DNA from: an uncultured Acidobacteriota bacterium
Lineage (GTDB): Bacteria; Acidobacteriota; Polarisedimenticolia; J045
Direction: 5' to 3'
NCBI GenBank assembly: GCA_963702425.1
Contig: CAVPCQ010000019.1
Location: 112,704 to 176,703, forward strand
DNA length: 64,000 nucleotides
The translations under genes were made by a program, and so were the position numbers. Below are positions 10,562 to 20,327 of the stretch, one piece after another. The notes beneath the pieces are model-generated. The model was given only the letters and a program-made list of their open reading frames with translations. It had not been told where the DNA came from and ran no database searches. The stretch's first letter is position 1; every line of letters begins with the position of its first letter.

Positions 10562-11385
10562 TTGAAGACAAGTCCCGGCCCCCACGACCCGGCGCCCGTG
10601 ATTGGGCGGTGTTTCGGTACGGACTGATCAGCGAGGCCCTGCGTCCGCTCGCCGGTCAGCCGGTCTCCGAGCTGCTGGCGCGGCGGGCGGCGCAGCAGCA
10701 CGCCCTGCCCGACGGCATGCTGCGCCGCTTCAGCGCCGCGACCCTGCGCAGCTGGCTGATCCGCTACCAGCGCGAAGGGCTCGACGGCCTGTTGCCGCGC
10801 AGCCGCGCCGACAAAGGCACCTTCCGCAAGATCGACGACGATCTCGGCGAGCTGATCGCCCGGCACCGCGTCCAGCACCGGCAGCTCTCGGTCAAGCTCT
10901 TCTAGCAGGTGTTGCATCAGGACGACGTCCTGCCCGCCGGCAAGCGGGTCTGCGAGGCCACCCTGCGCCGCTTCCTCCGACTGCGCGGGCTCGACCGCCC
11001 GGTGCGCGGGATCGACAAGGCCCGGGCCAAGTACGAGATGCCCCACCCCAACGACCTCTGGATCGGTGACTTCATGCACGGCCCGTTGGTCGGTACGGGA
11101 TCGTCGAAGCGCAAGGCGATCCTCTGCGGGATCATCGACGATCACTCCCGCGTCCTCGTCGGCGGCCGCTTCGCGCTCGGCGAAGAGACCGCCGACCTGC
11201 TCCACACGCTGCGCGACGCCCTGGCCACCTTTGGGGTGTGCAAGCGCTTCTACTGTGATTCTGTGCCGCGGCACAGAATCACAGTTCTGTGCCCTGGCCC
11301 GTTATGTGGCGTGGCCACGCGCAATGCGGCGTCGTGATCGCCTGGCCATCGATTCCGCGTGGCCACCGCCACATAACGGGGCTCG

Positions 11386-12399
11386 TCAAAGGGCGTCGAG
11401 CCAGTCGAGCAGAGCCGCGTCGCTATTCCATGACTTCTTGCCTTGTGACTTCTGCATGGCCACTGGCGGTGCGCAGGAAGCGAGTGCTGCCTCCTTGATT
11501 CGCGCGGTGATTTCCGCGTAGCGGTTGGTCGTTTCGAGGCGAGCATGACCAAGCCACGCACGGATGACGTTGATCTCGACGCCTGCCTCGAGCAGGTGAA
11601 CGGCGGTCGTGTGACGGAAGACATGCGGGGTGACGCGCCGCCCGCGTCGGCGGGAATCGGCATCGAACGCGGCAGCATGCCTTCGAACGACCTTGTGAAT
11701 ACCGAAGCGCGTAAGCGGGCCGCCGACGGTGGACCGAAACACCGGGTCATCGGGGGCGGCGTTGCCGCCCGTTTCGTCGAGGAGCGCGTGCAGTGCGGTA
11801 GCCGTTTCCTGCCACAGTGGGCATGTACGCCACTTGTCACCCTTGCCGTGCAGCCGCACACGGTACGGACCATCGAGGTCGAGGTTACCGACGCGCAGGT
11901 CGGCGACCTCCTGTGCCCGTGCCCCGGTGTTGTAGAGGAAGAGCAGCAGCGTGCGGTCGCGTGCGGCCGTGCGCGGCCCGAGCGGCCATCGATCGAACAG
12001 CAGCTCGACGTCGCGCTGCTCGAGATGGAACGTTTCGGGCGGCGCAACGCGCTTGCCGGGGATGCGCATCACCTGCTCGGCGACGGGCAGCATCTCTGGC
12101 ACCCGCCCCCCGATGTAGTTGAAGAATGAGTGCAGGATCGCGAGCCGCTGGTTGCGCGTGCGGGGGTGGTTATGCCGGTCCTGCTCGAGCGCGTCGAGAA
12201 AGTGCAGGACGCTGTCGGCCGTGAGCGTTTCGAGCGGCAGCCGCGCGATGCTGTCCCTGGCTCCTTGGGCAACGGAGCATAGGTAGAGGCGGATGCCGTC
12301 GCGATAGCTGGCGATCGATGAGGGACGAAGACCCCGTGTCGAACGCAGGTGGTCGAGGAAGTACGACCGGACGAGTTGGCCGAGCGTGAGGGTGCTCAT
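11386..12399 (-). CDS. Tyrosine recombinase RitC
   Basis: TRNQRLAILHSFF, LYNTGARAQE, GKGDKWR, PHVFRHT, LGHARLETTNRY. Confidence 0.9.
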   Translation of the reverse strand: MSTLTLGQLVRSYFLDHLRSTRGLRPSSIASYRDGIRLYLCSVAQGARDSIARLPLETLTADSVLHFLDALEQDRHNHPRTRNQRLAILHSFFNYIGGRVPEMLPVAEQVMRIPGKRVAPPETFHLEQRDVELLFDRWPLGPRTAARDRTLLLFLYNTGARAQEVADLRVGNLDLDGPYRVRLHGKGDKWRTCPLWQETATALHALLDETGGNAAPDDPVFRSTVGGPLTRFGIHKVVRRHAAAFDADSRRRGRRVTPHVFRHTTAVHLLEAGVEINVIRAWLGHARLETTNRYAEITARIKEAALASCAPPVAMQKSQGKKSWNSDAALLDWLDAL

Positions 12400-13361
12400 C
12401 GTAAACGCCCGATGGCGGAGGAGGCTTCGAAGCGCCGACCGCCACGTAGAGCAGATCAGGGGTGATCGTGAGGTAGACCGCGGTGGACTCGGGTCTTGCG
12501 TGGCCCATGAAGGTCGAAAGCTGCAGCAGGCGTGCTCCGGGATCGGCGCCGGAACGGTACCAGCGGAGTAGCGTATTCACGGCGAACGAATGACGCAGAT
12601 CGTGGACCCGCGGTGCCGCCAGCGACTCCAGGCCCAACTGCGGCACGATCTGCCGAAACACCCGACCGATCGTCTGTCGTCTCAACCGCGCGGTCGACCA
12701 CACCGTCAGGAGCGGGGCATCGTCGACGAGTCCGCCATCGATGTTGCGGCGGCGCGCAAGGTAGGACGTGAGCGCCTCATGCAATCGCGGACCGAAAGGG
12801 ACCAACCGATCCTTCCCGAACTTGGTGTTGCGCACGACGAGAAGCCGACGCCGCGGATCGAAGTCCGACACATCGAAGCGACAGACCTCGCCGACGCGCA
12901 GCCCGAGGCCGTAAAGCAAGGCGAAGGCGAGATGGAAGCTCTGTCCGCGGAGACGCGTGCCGGGCAGATCGGGGAGCGCGGCCGCGAGTTGCAACAGCCG
13001 ACTTGCGTGCTCCGGACCGAACAAGACGGCATGCCGCCGGACCCTCGCGTCGCGGCAGCACCCGCAACGGCGAGTGCTCCAGGGTGCCTCGCGCGACGAG
13101 CCACTCGAAGAAGCGGCGCAGGACGCCGACGAGGTGGTTGAAGCTTCGAGGATGATGGCGTGGCCGCGAGCAGAGGAAGGCCTCGACGATCGTGGGCGTG
13201 ACCTCCGAGAGCGAGTGAACGCCCGCGGCAGACAAGCAGCGATCGAACAGGGCGAGCGCCGCGGCCTCGGTGTCGAAGCGTCGCCCGAGCGCACGCCGGT
13301 GCGCGACGAAGCGAGCGGCTTCGCCCGCCACCGGACCGGACGAGCCTTCGGCGGGCCTCAT
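12396..13361 (-). pseudogene. Tyrosine recombinase RitB, frameshifted (near 13040 and near the 3' end)
   Basis: LYGLGLRVGE, TKFGKDRLVP, HDLRHSFAV, LSTFMGH..PESTAVYL; N-terminus in another frame. Confidence 0.85.
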
Positions 13362-14617
13362 AGGAGGTCCTCGATGTCGCCGAGCGCGACCTCGCGCAGG
13401 TCTTCGACAGCCGCCTTGGCGTAGATCCGCGTCGAGGATGTCTGGCGGTGGCCAAGGAAGTCACCGACCACCTGGAGTGTGAATCCGGCGTCCACCAACC
13501 GTTGTGCGCACGTGTGCCGCAGCGTGTGCGACCCAGCGTGCCGCACCTCCACGCCCGCCCGTTTCAGCACTCGGGTCGCGCGGGAAGAAACGATCTGGTG
13601 CGTGACAGCGACACGCGGGGCCCGCGCGGAGAGGAAGACGTGACGCGCGATCGTCTGCGGTCGTCCGCGCCGGATGTAGTCGATCAATGCATCGGCGACA
13701 TCGGCTCGCAACGGATACGCCGCGGCGTGGCCCGCCTTGCGTGAGCGCACATGCAATGTAGCAGTCCGCCAATCCAGGTCGTCGAGCGTCAGAGCGGCGA
13801 CTTCGCTGGCCCGCAGCCCATATACAGCGAGCAGCAGCAACATCGCGAGATCCCGGCGCCCCAGAGCCGATCGGGTGTCGATCGACCGCAGCGTCCGCGC
13901 GAGGTCCTCGGTGCTGATCGACCGGGGAACGCCGGAGAGAGCGTACCGGAGTGGCCCGTCAACGGTCGCAGCGAGGTCCCGAGCGATGACTCGCTCGCGG
14001 AACAGGTAGCGAAGGAACGAGCGCAGGGCGGAGCAGGTCGGGCCGAGAGAATTCGCTGCGACCGTCGATCTGCGCTCCTCGATGAACAGGTCCAGGATCG
14101 CGGGCGTGAGTCCGGAGGCATCGCCGACACCACGGCCGCCGATGAAGCGCTCGAAGAACGACAACTGCGTTGCGTAGCCAGCGACTGTCGCAGGCGCCAA
14201 TCCCCGCTCGTGCCGCAGATGTCGCTCGAAACCGGGTGCCCAACGCGACAGCGGGAACTCATCCGGCATGTCCGCAACTCCGTCCGACCGAACGACTCGA
14301 AGGAAGTGCCCGACGACGCTGCGGATCTCGGCAAGGTAGCGGCTGCGTGGCACGGAAGCAGCGTGTGACCTCGATCGCCGCCGCCAACACGCCTCGGCAA
14401 ATGGCTGAAGGAGCTTTTCCAAACCACCGATCTCCGCGACGTGCCTTCTGTGGGCAAAGTCCCCCAACCGAACGAGCAACGGCACCCGACGGTGAATGCA
14501 CCGCGGGCTGTACTGGTGCGCGTCAAGCCAGCCCACGTACGTCTCGACGGCATTCTTGAGCCACGAAGCCTCGATGCGATCGATGGTTTCGGGTAGGGCG
14601 AAGAATCGGTCGAGCAT
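13358..14617 (-). CDS. Tyrosine recombinase RitA
   Basis: RRDLAMLLLLAVYGLRASE, HTLRHTCA, LGHRQTSSTRIYAK; ATG at 14617. Confidence 0.9.
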   Translation of the reverse strand: MLDRFFALPETIDRIEASWLKNAVETYVGWLDAHQYSPRCIHRRVPLLVRLGDFAHRRHVAEIGGLEKLLQPFAEACWRRRSRSHAASVPRSRYLAEIRSVVGHFLRVVRSDGVADMPDEFPLSRWAPGFERHLRHERGLAPATVAGYATQLSFFERFIGGRGVGDASGLTPAILDLFIEERRSTVAANSLGPTCSALRSFLRYLFRERVIARDLAATVDGPLRYALSGVPRSISTEDLARTLRSIDTRSALGRRDLAMLLLLAVYGLRASEVAALTLDDLDWRTATLHVRSRKAGHAAAYPLRADVADALIDYIRRGRPQTIARHVFLSARAPRVAVTHQIVSSRATRVLKRAGVEVRHAGSHTLRHTCAQRLVDAGFTLQVVGDFLGHRQTSSTRIYAKAAVEDLREVALGDIEDLL

Positions 14618-15379
14618 GGTCCGTCTCCTTTTCCCCGATGCGCGGGGAGGCGGGCCATGCTCACTCTGCTGGTCCCCGTTATGTGGCGGTGGCCACGCGG
14701 AATCGATGGCCAGGCGATCACGACGCCGCATTGCGCGTGGCCACGCCACATAACGGGCCAGGGCACAGAACTGTGACAACGGCCCGGCCTTTTCCTCCCA
14801 GTACCTGGCCGAGACCTGTGCCCGGATCGGCGTCACGCTGCTGCACTCCGAGCCCTACGACGCCCCCTCGCGCGGCAAGATCGAGCGCTTCTTCCGCACC
14901 GTCCGCCTGCGCTTCCTGCCGCTCGTCACCGACGACGAGCTCGTCGGGCTCGAGACACTCCAGGAGCGCTTCGAGCGCTGGCTGCGCGACGACTACCACT
15001 TCAAGCGCCACAACGGCATCGGCATGAAGCCGATCGACCGCTATCTCGCCGGCGCCCAGGAAACCCTCGTCGAGCGCCTCGCCCCCGAAGAACTCGACCA
15101 CGCCTTCATGGGACGCCTCGTCCGCGTCGTCCGCAACGACGCCACCGTCAAGATCGACGGCACCTTCTACGAGGTCCCGCCCGACTTCATCGGCGCCCGC
15201 GCCGACCTGCGCTTTCCCGTCGGACGGCCCGACGAGCTCTTCCTCTACCAGGACGACCGCCCGGTCGGACCGATCAAGCCGGTCGATCCGGCCCACAACG
15301 CACGCTTCCACGCCCCGCCGGTCAGCGTCTCCTACGCCGACCTCGCGCGCCGCCGGCAGGAAGCAGACGGGGAGCGGCC

Positions 15380-16174
15380 ATGATCGAAGCCCGCTTCGGC
15401 CTCAAACGCCGCCCCTTCGACAAGCAGATCGCGACCCGCGACCTCTATCCCTGGCCCGGACTCGACGAACTCGCCGCCCGCTTCGAGATGATCAAGCAGG
15501 CCCGCGGCATCATGCTCGTCACCGGCGAGCCCGGCACCGGCAAGACCGTCGCCCTGCGCCGCTTCGTCGACTCCCTCAACCACGAGCACTACAAGGTCGC
15601 CTACCTCCCGCTGTCCACCGTCACCAACCTCGACTTCTACGTCCAGCTCAATCGCGCCCTCGGGGGACAGGACGTCCGCGGCAAGAGCCTGCTCTTCGAA
15701 GAAATCCAGAAAGGGGTCGCCCAGCTCGCCGCCCAGGGCAAGATCCCCGTCGTCGCCCTCGACGAGGCCGATCTGCTCCGCTCCCCGCTCTTCGACGAGC
15801 TGCGCATCCTGCTCAACTTCGAGATGGACTCCAAGGACCCCCTCATCACCGTCCTCGCCGGGCAGCCCCAGCTCCTGGCCAAGCTCGCCCTCCGCGTCCA
15901 TCTCCCTTTCCGCCAGCGCGTCGCCATGCGCTACCGCATGCCCCCGCTCGACGAACACCACACCAAGGGCTACGTCGAACACCACCTGCGCCTCGCCGGC
16001 CGCAAACAACGGCTCTTCACCGACGAAGCCACCCTCCAACTCTTCGTCCAGTCCGGCGGCGTCCCGCGCGCGATCAACAACCTCGCCCTCACCGCCCTGT
16101 ACAACGCCGCGGCCCAGAGCAAGGACCTCGTCGAACTCGACGACGTCGTCGCCGCCGCCAAGGAGATCGCCTGA
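15380..16174 (+). CDS. ExeA-like AAA+ ATPase (transposition ATPase)
   Basis: Walker A GEPGTGKT, Walker B ALDEAD, LAGQPQL, SGGVPRAIN; ATGA-coupled to the transposase. Confidence 0.9.
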   Translation: MIEARFGLKRRPFDKQIATRDLYPWPGLDELAARFEMIKQARGIMLVTGEPGTGKTVALRRFVDSLNHEHYKVAYLPLSTVTNLDFYVQLNRALGGQDVRGKSLLFEEIQKGVAQLAAQGKIPVVALDEADLLRSPLFDELRILLNFEMDSKDPLITVLAGQPQLLAKLALRVHLPFRQRVAMRYRMPPLDEHHTKGYVEHHLRLAGRKQRLFTDEATLQLFVQSGGVPRAINNLALTALYNAAAQSKDLVELDDVVAAAKEIA

Positions 16175-16437
16175 TGACCGTCCACGGACTCCCCGACGAT
16201 GACGAGCGCGATCGGATCCTGAGCTACCTCGCCGAGCGCCTCCCCGGCTACCCCTTCGACGAACACGTCGACGGACCCTTCGTCGACGAGCTGCTCGACG
16301 ACTTCCCGCTGCTCGACATCCTCGAGCAGATCAAACGCTTCCGCTGGTACCACGCCAACCAGAGCCTCGCCCTCGCCCGCAATCCGCGCGGCGCCCTCCG
16401 TCGCTGGATCGGACGCACCTACGCCCAGACCGTCTGA
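16174..16437 (+). CDS. Small conserved hypothetical protein (87 aa), possibly DnaT-like helical domain
   Basis: TGATG coupling to the ATPase; three homologs in the window (16174, 17499, 24523). Confidence 0.75.
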   Translation: MTVHGLPDDDERDRILSYLAERLPGYPFDEHVDGPFVDELLDDFPLLDILEQIKRFRWYHANQSLALARNPRGALRRWIGRTYAQTV

Positions 16438-16462
16438 CCGCTCGCACCAGCCTCGCGGCTTC

Positions 16463-16500
16463 AGGCCAGCGTGACGGATCCTCGATCGTCACGCTGGCCT
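16463..16500 (+). terminator. 14-bp perfect stem-loop after the small ORF
   Basis: AGGCCAGCGTGACG / CGTCACGCTGGCCT with a 10-nt loop, followed by CTTCTT; conserved in the second copy. Confidence 0.55.
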
Positions 16501-16658
16501 CTTCTTCCTGGCGTCCCCGCAATCCGCAGCAAAGACGGAAGCCACGCTGCGCTGCCTGCACGCAGCAAGCCGGCCGTCACACTGCAATGCATGCCATCCA
16601 ACAATCTGTCTCGCAGACCTGCAGGCCATCCGGCGGCAGCAGAATGTGACGGGTTACA

Positions 16659-17823
16659 CTCCGCCCGCATGCGCTCGACAGCTACGACACGCTGCAGCCG
16701 GAAGGGACCGATGACGACCCGCGCTGACGACGGTCTGCTGGCCCGCGCCCGGCGTCTCGGGCTGTACGGCCTGCTCGCCCGCTGGGACGAGGTCCAGGGG
16801 CAGGACTGGCTCCCCGGCCTGCTCGGCGCCGAAGAACACGAGCGCCGGCGCCGCGGCTTCGAACGCCGGCTGCGCCGGGCCTGGCTGACCCGCTTCAAGC
16901 CCATGGCCGACTTCGACTGGGACTGGCCCAAGAAGATCGACCGGGAGCAGGTCGAGGAGCTCTTCGCCTGCGCTTCCTCGACGAGGCCGCCAACGTGGTC
17001 TTCTGTGGCCCCAACGGGGTCGGGAAGATCATGATCGCCAAGAACCTCGCCCACCAGGCCGCCCTCGCGCCGGTCACACCGTCCGCTTCATCACCGCCAG
17101 CGACACTGCTCAACGACCTCGCCGCCCAGGACGGACCCGGCGCGCTCAAGCGTCGCTTCGTCGCTACGCCCGCCCGCGTCTGCTCGGCATTGACGAGCTC
17201 GGCTACCTGGCCTACGACAACCGCACGCCGACCTGCTCTTCGAGGTCGTCAGCCGGCGCTACGGCCAGGCCTCGACGATCGTGACGACCAACAAGACCTT
17301 CGCGAATCGAACCAGGTCTTTCCCAACGCAGCCTGCGTCGTCACCCTGGTCGACCGCCTCGTCCACAACTCCGAGATCGTGCCGATCGAGGGCCAGCCGT
17401 ATCGGCTGAAGGAGGCCCAGGAGAAGGCGGCCGCACGGGCCCGTGAGCGCGCCCATCGCAAGTCCGCCCCCGCCCCAAACGCTGAAGGAGGATCCGCTGT
17501 GGCTCACGTACCACTCCCCGACGAAACCGCTACCGCGGTCCTCGACTACCTCGCGCAGAACCTGCCCGGCTACCCCTCGACCCCGAGGTCGATACGGCCT
17601 TCGTCGATGAACTCCTCGACGACTTCGCCGACCTCGATGTGCTCGAGCAGCTCAAACGCTTCCGCTGGTACTACGACAACCGGCCGCTCGCGAACATCCG
17701 CAACCCCCGCGGCGCGATCCGCGCCTGGATCCGCCGCGCCCAGCGCTGATCCCCGCCGCCAACGCCGATGGCGGGCTCACGCGCCAACAGCCAGAACGCC
17801 GCGCTTCCTGACAGCCGGCAACA
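16659..17823 (+). mobile_element. IS21-family 3' part: istA tail, frameshifted istB, small ORF, right end
   Basis: LRPHALDSYDTL istA-like tail; istB from 16711 with FKPMADFDWDWPKKIDR, GPNGVGK, DELGYL, DRLVHNSEIVPIEG; terminus ...GACAGCCGGCAACA. Confidence 0.8.
17499..17749 (+). pseudogene. Homolog of the 87-aa small ORF (1-nt deletion near 17577)
   Basis: AAGGAGG RBS and GTG start; corrected translation ...LPGYPFDPEVDTAFVDELLDDFADLDVLEQLKRFRWYYDNRPLANIRNPRGAIRAWIRRAQR. Confidence 0.8.
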
Positions 17824-17846
17824 CACGTCACAGTGTCCACCTGATC

Positions 17847-18084
17847 AAGGTGTCGGCGGCCGTCCGAGCGGCGGGACCCGGCGCCCGCCGGAGGCGTCGC
17901 TCCCACCAGCGCAGCGTCCAGACCGGCACCCCAGAGCGCCGCGACAACTCCGCCCAACTCCAGCCCCCGCGCTCGCGGCGCGACAACCATGACCTCATCC
18001 GCTCCGGATCTTGGCGTCGTCTCATGACCGCCACGATCCCTCATGGCGCGCGTCAGCGGAAGACGGGCATCACACGACGGTTAC
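17847..18084 (-). mobile_element. IS66 (type B) left end and truncated tnpA
   Basis: GTAACCGTCG terminus; near-identical to 26132-26369. Confidence 0.8.
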
Positions 18085-18245
18085 CAGTGATCACGATGCC
18101 CGGAATCCCTGATCGCGATCCCGGAATCCCTGATCAGGATCCCGGAATCCGCGATCACGATGCCCGGAATTGGTGATCACGATCCCGGAATCCCTGATTA
18201 CGATGCCCCGGAACGAGCGATCACGCGATGGTCCGGCAACCGCCA
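18085..18245 (-). repeat. IS21-family end with tandem 21-22 bp subterminal repeats
   Basis: About six or seven GATCACGAT(G)CCCGGAATCCCT-like units ending in ...CCGGCAACCGCCA, like the ends at 8002 and 25930. Confidence 0.75.
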
Positions 18246-18347
18246 CCGCTCCTCGCCGTCTTCACGGCCCGCCCGATCGCCGGGCGCGGGGCTATTCGTA
18301 GACGACCGTCACGCCGAGGGGAAGAACGTCGCTCCCGGACCGCTTAC
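18246..18347 (-). mobile_element. IS66 type A left-end fragment
   Basis: Reverse complement of 4808-4909 with one mismatch. Confidence 0.85.
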
Positions 18348-18598
18348 GCACCTCGCCAGTTCAACCTGGCATTCGACGTCGCGGCGGTGCGGAGCATGAC
18401 ACCGGAGGATCGGGCGCGGGCGGTCAGGTTGACCCCTACACCTACCTGGTCGACGTATTGCAGCGGGTCGACAGCCACCCAGCGAGCGACGTGGCCGCCT
18501 TGACCCCGCGGCTGTGGAAGGAGCAGTTCGCCGCGGCCCCCCGGCGGGGCTGAGCATTTCGACCCGGCTGTCCACTACGCCGTTCGCTGACCGCTTAC
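18348..18598 (+). mobile_element. IS66 tnpC C-terminal remnant and right end
   Basis: VDPYTYLVDVLQRVDSHPASDVAALTPRLWK; ends ...GACCGCTTAC. Confidence 0.75.
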
Positions 18599-18698
18599 GC
18601 TACTGCGACGGTAGGAGACGTTGCCGTCGCCCAAGCAGAGAATCAGCAACTGGCAAGTCGCGGTCATCCGCACCCCTTCCGGCCACCTGCAGGTGCGA

Positions 18699-20295
18699 TC
18701 AGGGCTTGACGTCGGTCCGCTCTGTACCATGTACGTCAGCCGGAGGATCGCCGGCTCCCCCTCCCGAACCAAACGCGGAGCACTGTGCATTGAAGCCACA
18801 GCCGATCTGGGTGCTGTCGCTGGGCCCGGAGTAGGCGCCCACGTATGAGGGGTAGCCGCCTCCCCGCCCACCGCTCATCGCCGGGGACCCGGCCCTCGGC
18901 TTGAATCTGTGATTGGCGGGATCCTCTAGCTGAGGGTCGACACGTCGCGAGTTCGATTCGTCCTTCAATCCTGCTCCGCAATGCGATAGCATGTGGTTCT
19001 GCCAGGATGCCCATGTTGAGAAGTCATTCGGCCCATTCTGCCAGCGGACCGCAGTGTCAGCGGCGGGCCAGTACAGGTTGTAGTCGAATACTACGAACCG
19101 GGCGCACCAATCGTCGTTGCCCCAATTGTTGTCGATGTAGTTCCAGCCGACAGGAGGATCACCCAGGAATAGGTTGTTGAAAAGCTCGTTTCCGGATCCG
19201 GCCGGAGAATCCTGGCGGTAGTCCCACGAACTCGTGTTGGGCGAGTAGATCGTGTTGTTGTACACCTTGTCGTTGGCCAGGGGCCCCACATCGCCGTGGA
19301 GAATGCCACCCGCGTCGTCCACGATATTGTGGTGGATTTCGTTCCCGGTCCCCTCGCTCTTGTTGTGGCCGAACTTGCCCTCTCCGCCCCGCGCCAGATT
19401 GTAGCGGAACACGCCTTCCCTGTTCGGGCCCTTAAAGTAGAAAGTGTAGGTCGATTGCTCGGAACTCGGGAGAAAGCTGTTGGACCAGATGAAATCGTTG
19501 CGCTCGATGAGCGCGCCCCGAGTCGAGTAGAGGTGGATTCCGTCGGGATGCTCGTGACGACCGTTGTAGAAATAGGAGTTCGGGTATTCCCCGAATCCAG
19601 CGTAGTTGTAGGGACCGCCGTTCTGGCAGGTGTTGTCAACGACGAACATGTTTTCTCGAATGACCAGCCCGTCCACATAACCTTCTCCGACCGACCACTG
19701 GGTTATCAAGTTGGCGTCGTTGAAGGTCCCGAGCGCGGACGGACAGATGAACTTCACTCTTTCAATGATGATCCCATCGCAGCCGTTCTGGCCGTTGGCC
19801 CCCGGTCTTCCGGTGGCCCACTCGATGTTGATCCTGCCGTGTACTTCAAGGTCCGAGATCGTGATGAACTGGGTGGGCACCGCATCCAGACCGTTGATCG
19901 TGATGGCATCGTGCAAGAAGCTGTCTGGGATGATACGGGCTAACTCGCCGGGAGCGCTCCTGGTAAGTGATCCGCTGACTATCGGACCAGCCTCCAACCT
20001 TGGGCTCGAATCCGTACCGGTTGCCTGCGGGACCGCGGTAGTTGCCACCCTTGGCGTAGCACACGTGATTCCCAGCACCGCTGGCGCGCGCAGCCTGTCC
20101 ACACCGGTTGAAGGTGGCGCAGGCGTCGGTCGTTGCGTTCGTGCACCCTCTGGCATCATCTCCGGTGGGCGAGATGTAGAAGTCGCGAGCCCAACCCATC
20201 CCGGGGACTGCGGTCACGAACAGAAGCACTGCCAGGATCCTGCAACCCTTCGATCGGCCGATGGCTGCCGTCATGCCGAACACCGTACTCCCCAC
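18699..20295 (-). CDS. Secreted right-handed beta-helix protein (pectin lyase-like fold), apparent frameshift near 19950
   Basis: Signal peptide and DFYISPTGDD...CATFNR in frame 19846-20295; HPDGIHLY, VYNNTIY, FDYNLYW, DPQLED...SPA in frame 18699-20159. Confidence 0.75.
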
Positions 20296-20327
20296 GATGG
20301 CCTCCCATCATCCCAGGGTGAAATGAA

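Larger units (their letters stand above)
11259..14776 (-). mobile_element. RIT element (recombinase in trio)
   Basis: Three overlapping tyrosine recombinase genes between 103-bp inverted repeats containing GTTATGTGGCG/CGCCACATAAC motifs. Confidence 0.92.
10558..15383 (+). pseudogene. Mu/rve-type DDE transposase split by RIT (10558-11258 + 14777-15383), internal TAG at 10903
   Basis: N-terminal HTH (TLRSWLIRYQREGLDGL); D in WIGDFMHG, D in YCD|NG, E in GKIERFF; Mu C-terminal RVVRNDATVKIDGTFYEVP; the two parts rejoin in frame to 435 codons. Confidence 0.9.
8323..16658 (+). mobile_element. Four-gene TGT...ACA transposon (about 3.5 kb net) with nested ISAzo13 and RIT insertions
   Basis: Left TGTGGAGCGTCACTCTG vs right end (reverse complement) TGTAACCCGTCACATTCTG; right end defined by a second copy starting at 24289. 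Confidence 0.7.

Noticed and set aside
10903-10905. TAG as programmed read-through (pyrrolysine or recoding)
   Set aside because: The gene is also disrupted by RIT, TAG ends many normal genes here, and no pyl genes are seen.
15380-16174. ExeA as a type II secretion or PEP-CTERM ATPase
   Set aside because: Coupled to a DDE transposase, duplicated together with the element end, and lacks a TM or peptidoglycan-binding domain.
18085-18245. Tandem 21-22 bp repeats as a CRISPR array or iterons
   Set aside because: No unique spacers and no cas or rep gene; the array ends in an IS21-type terminus matching 8002 and 25930.
4808-18598. One composite IS66 transposon from 4808 to 18598
   Set aside because: The flanks show no 8-bp target duplication and the interior is a mosaic.
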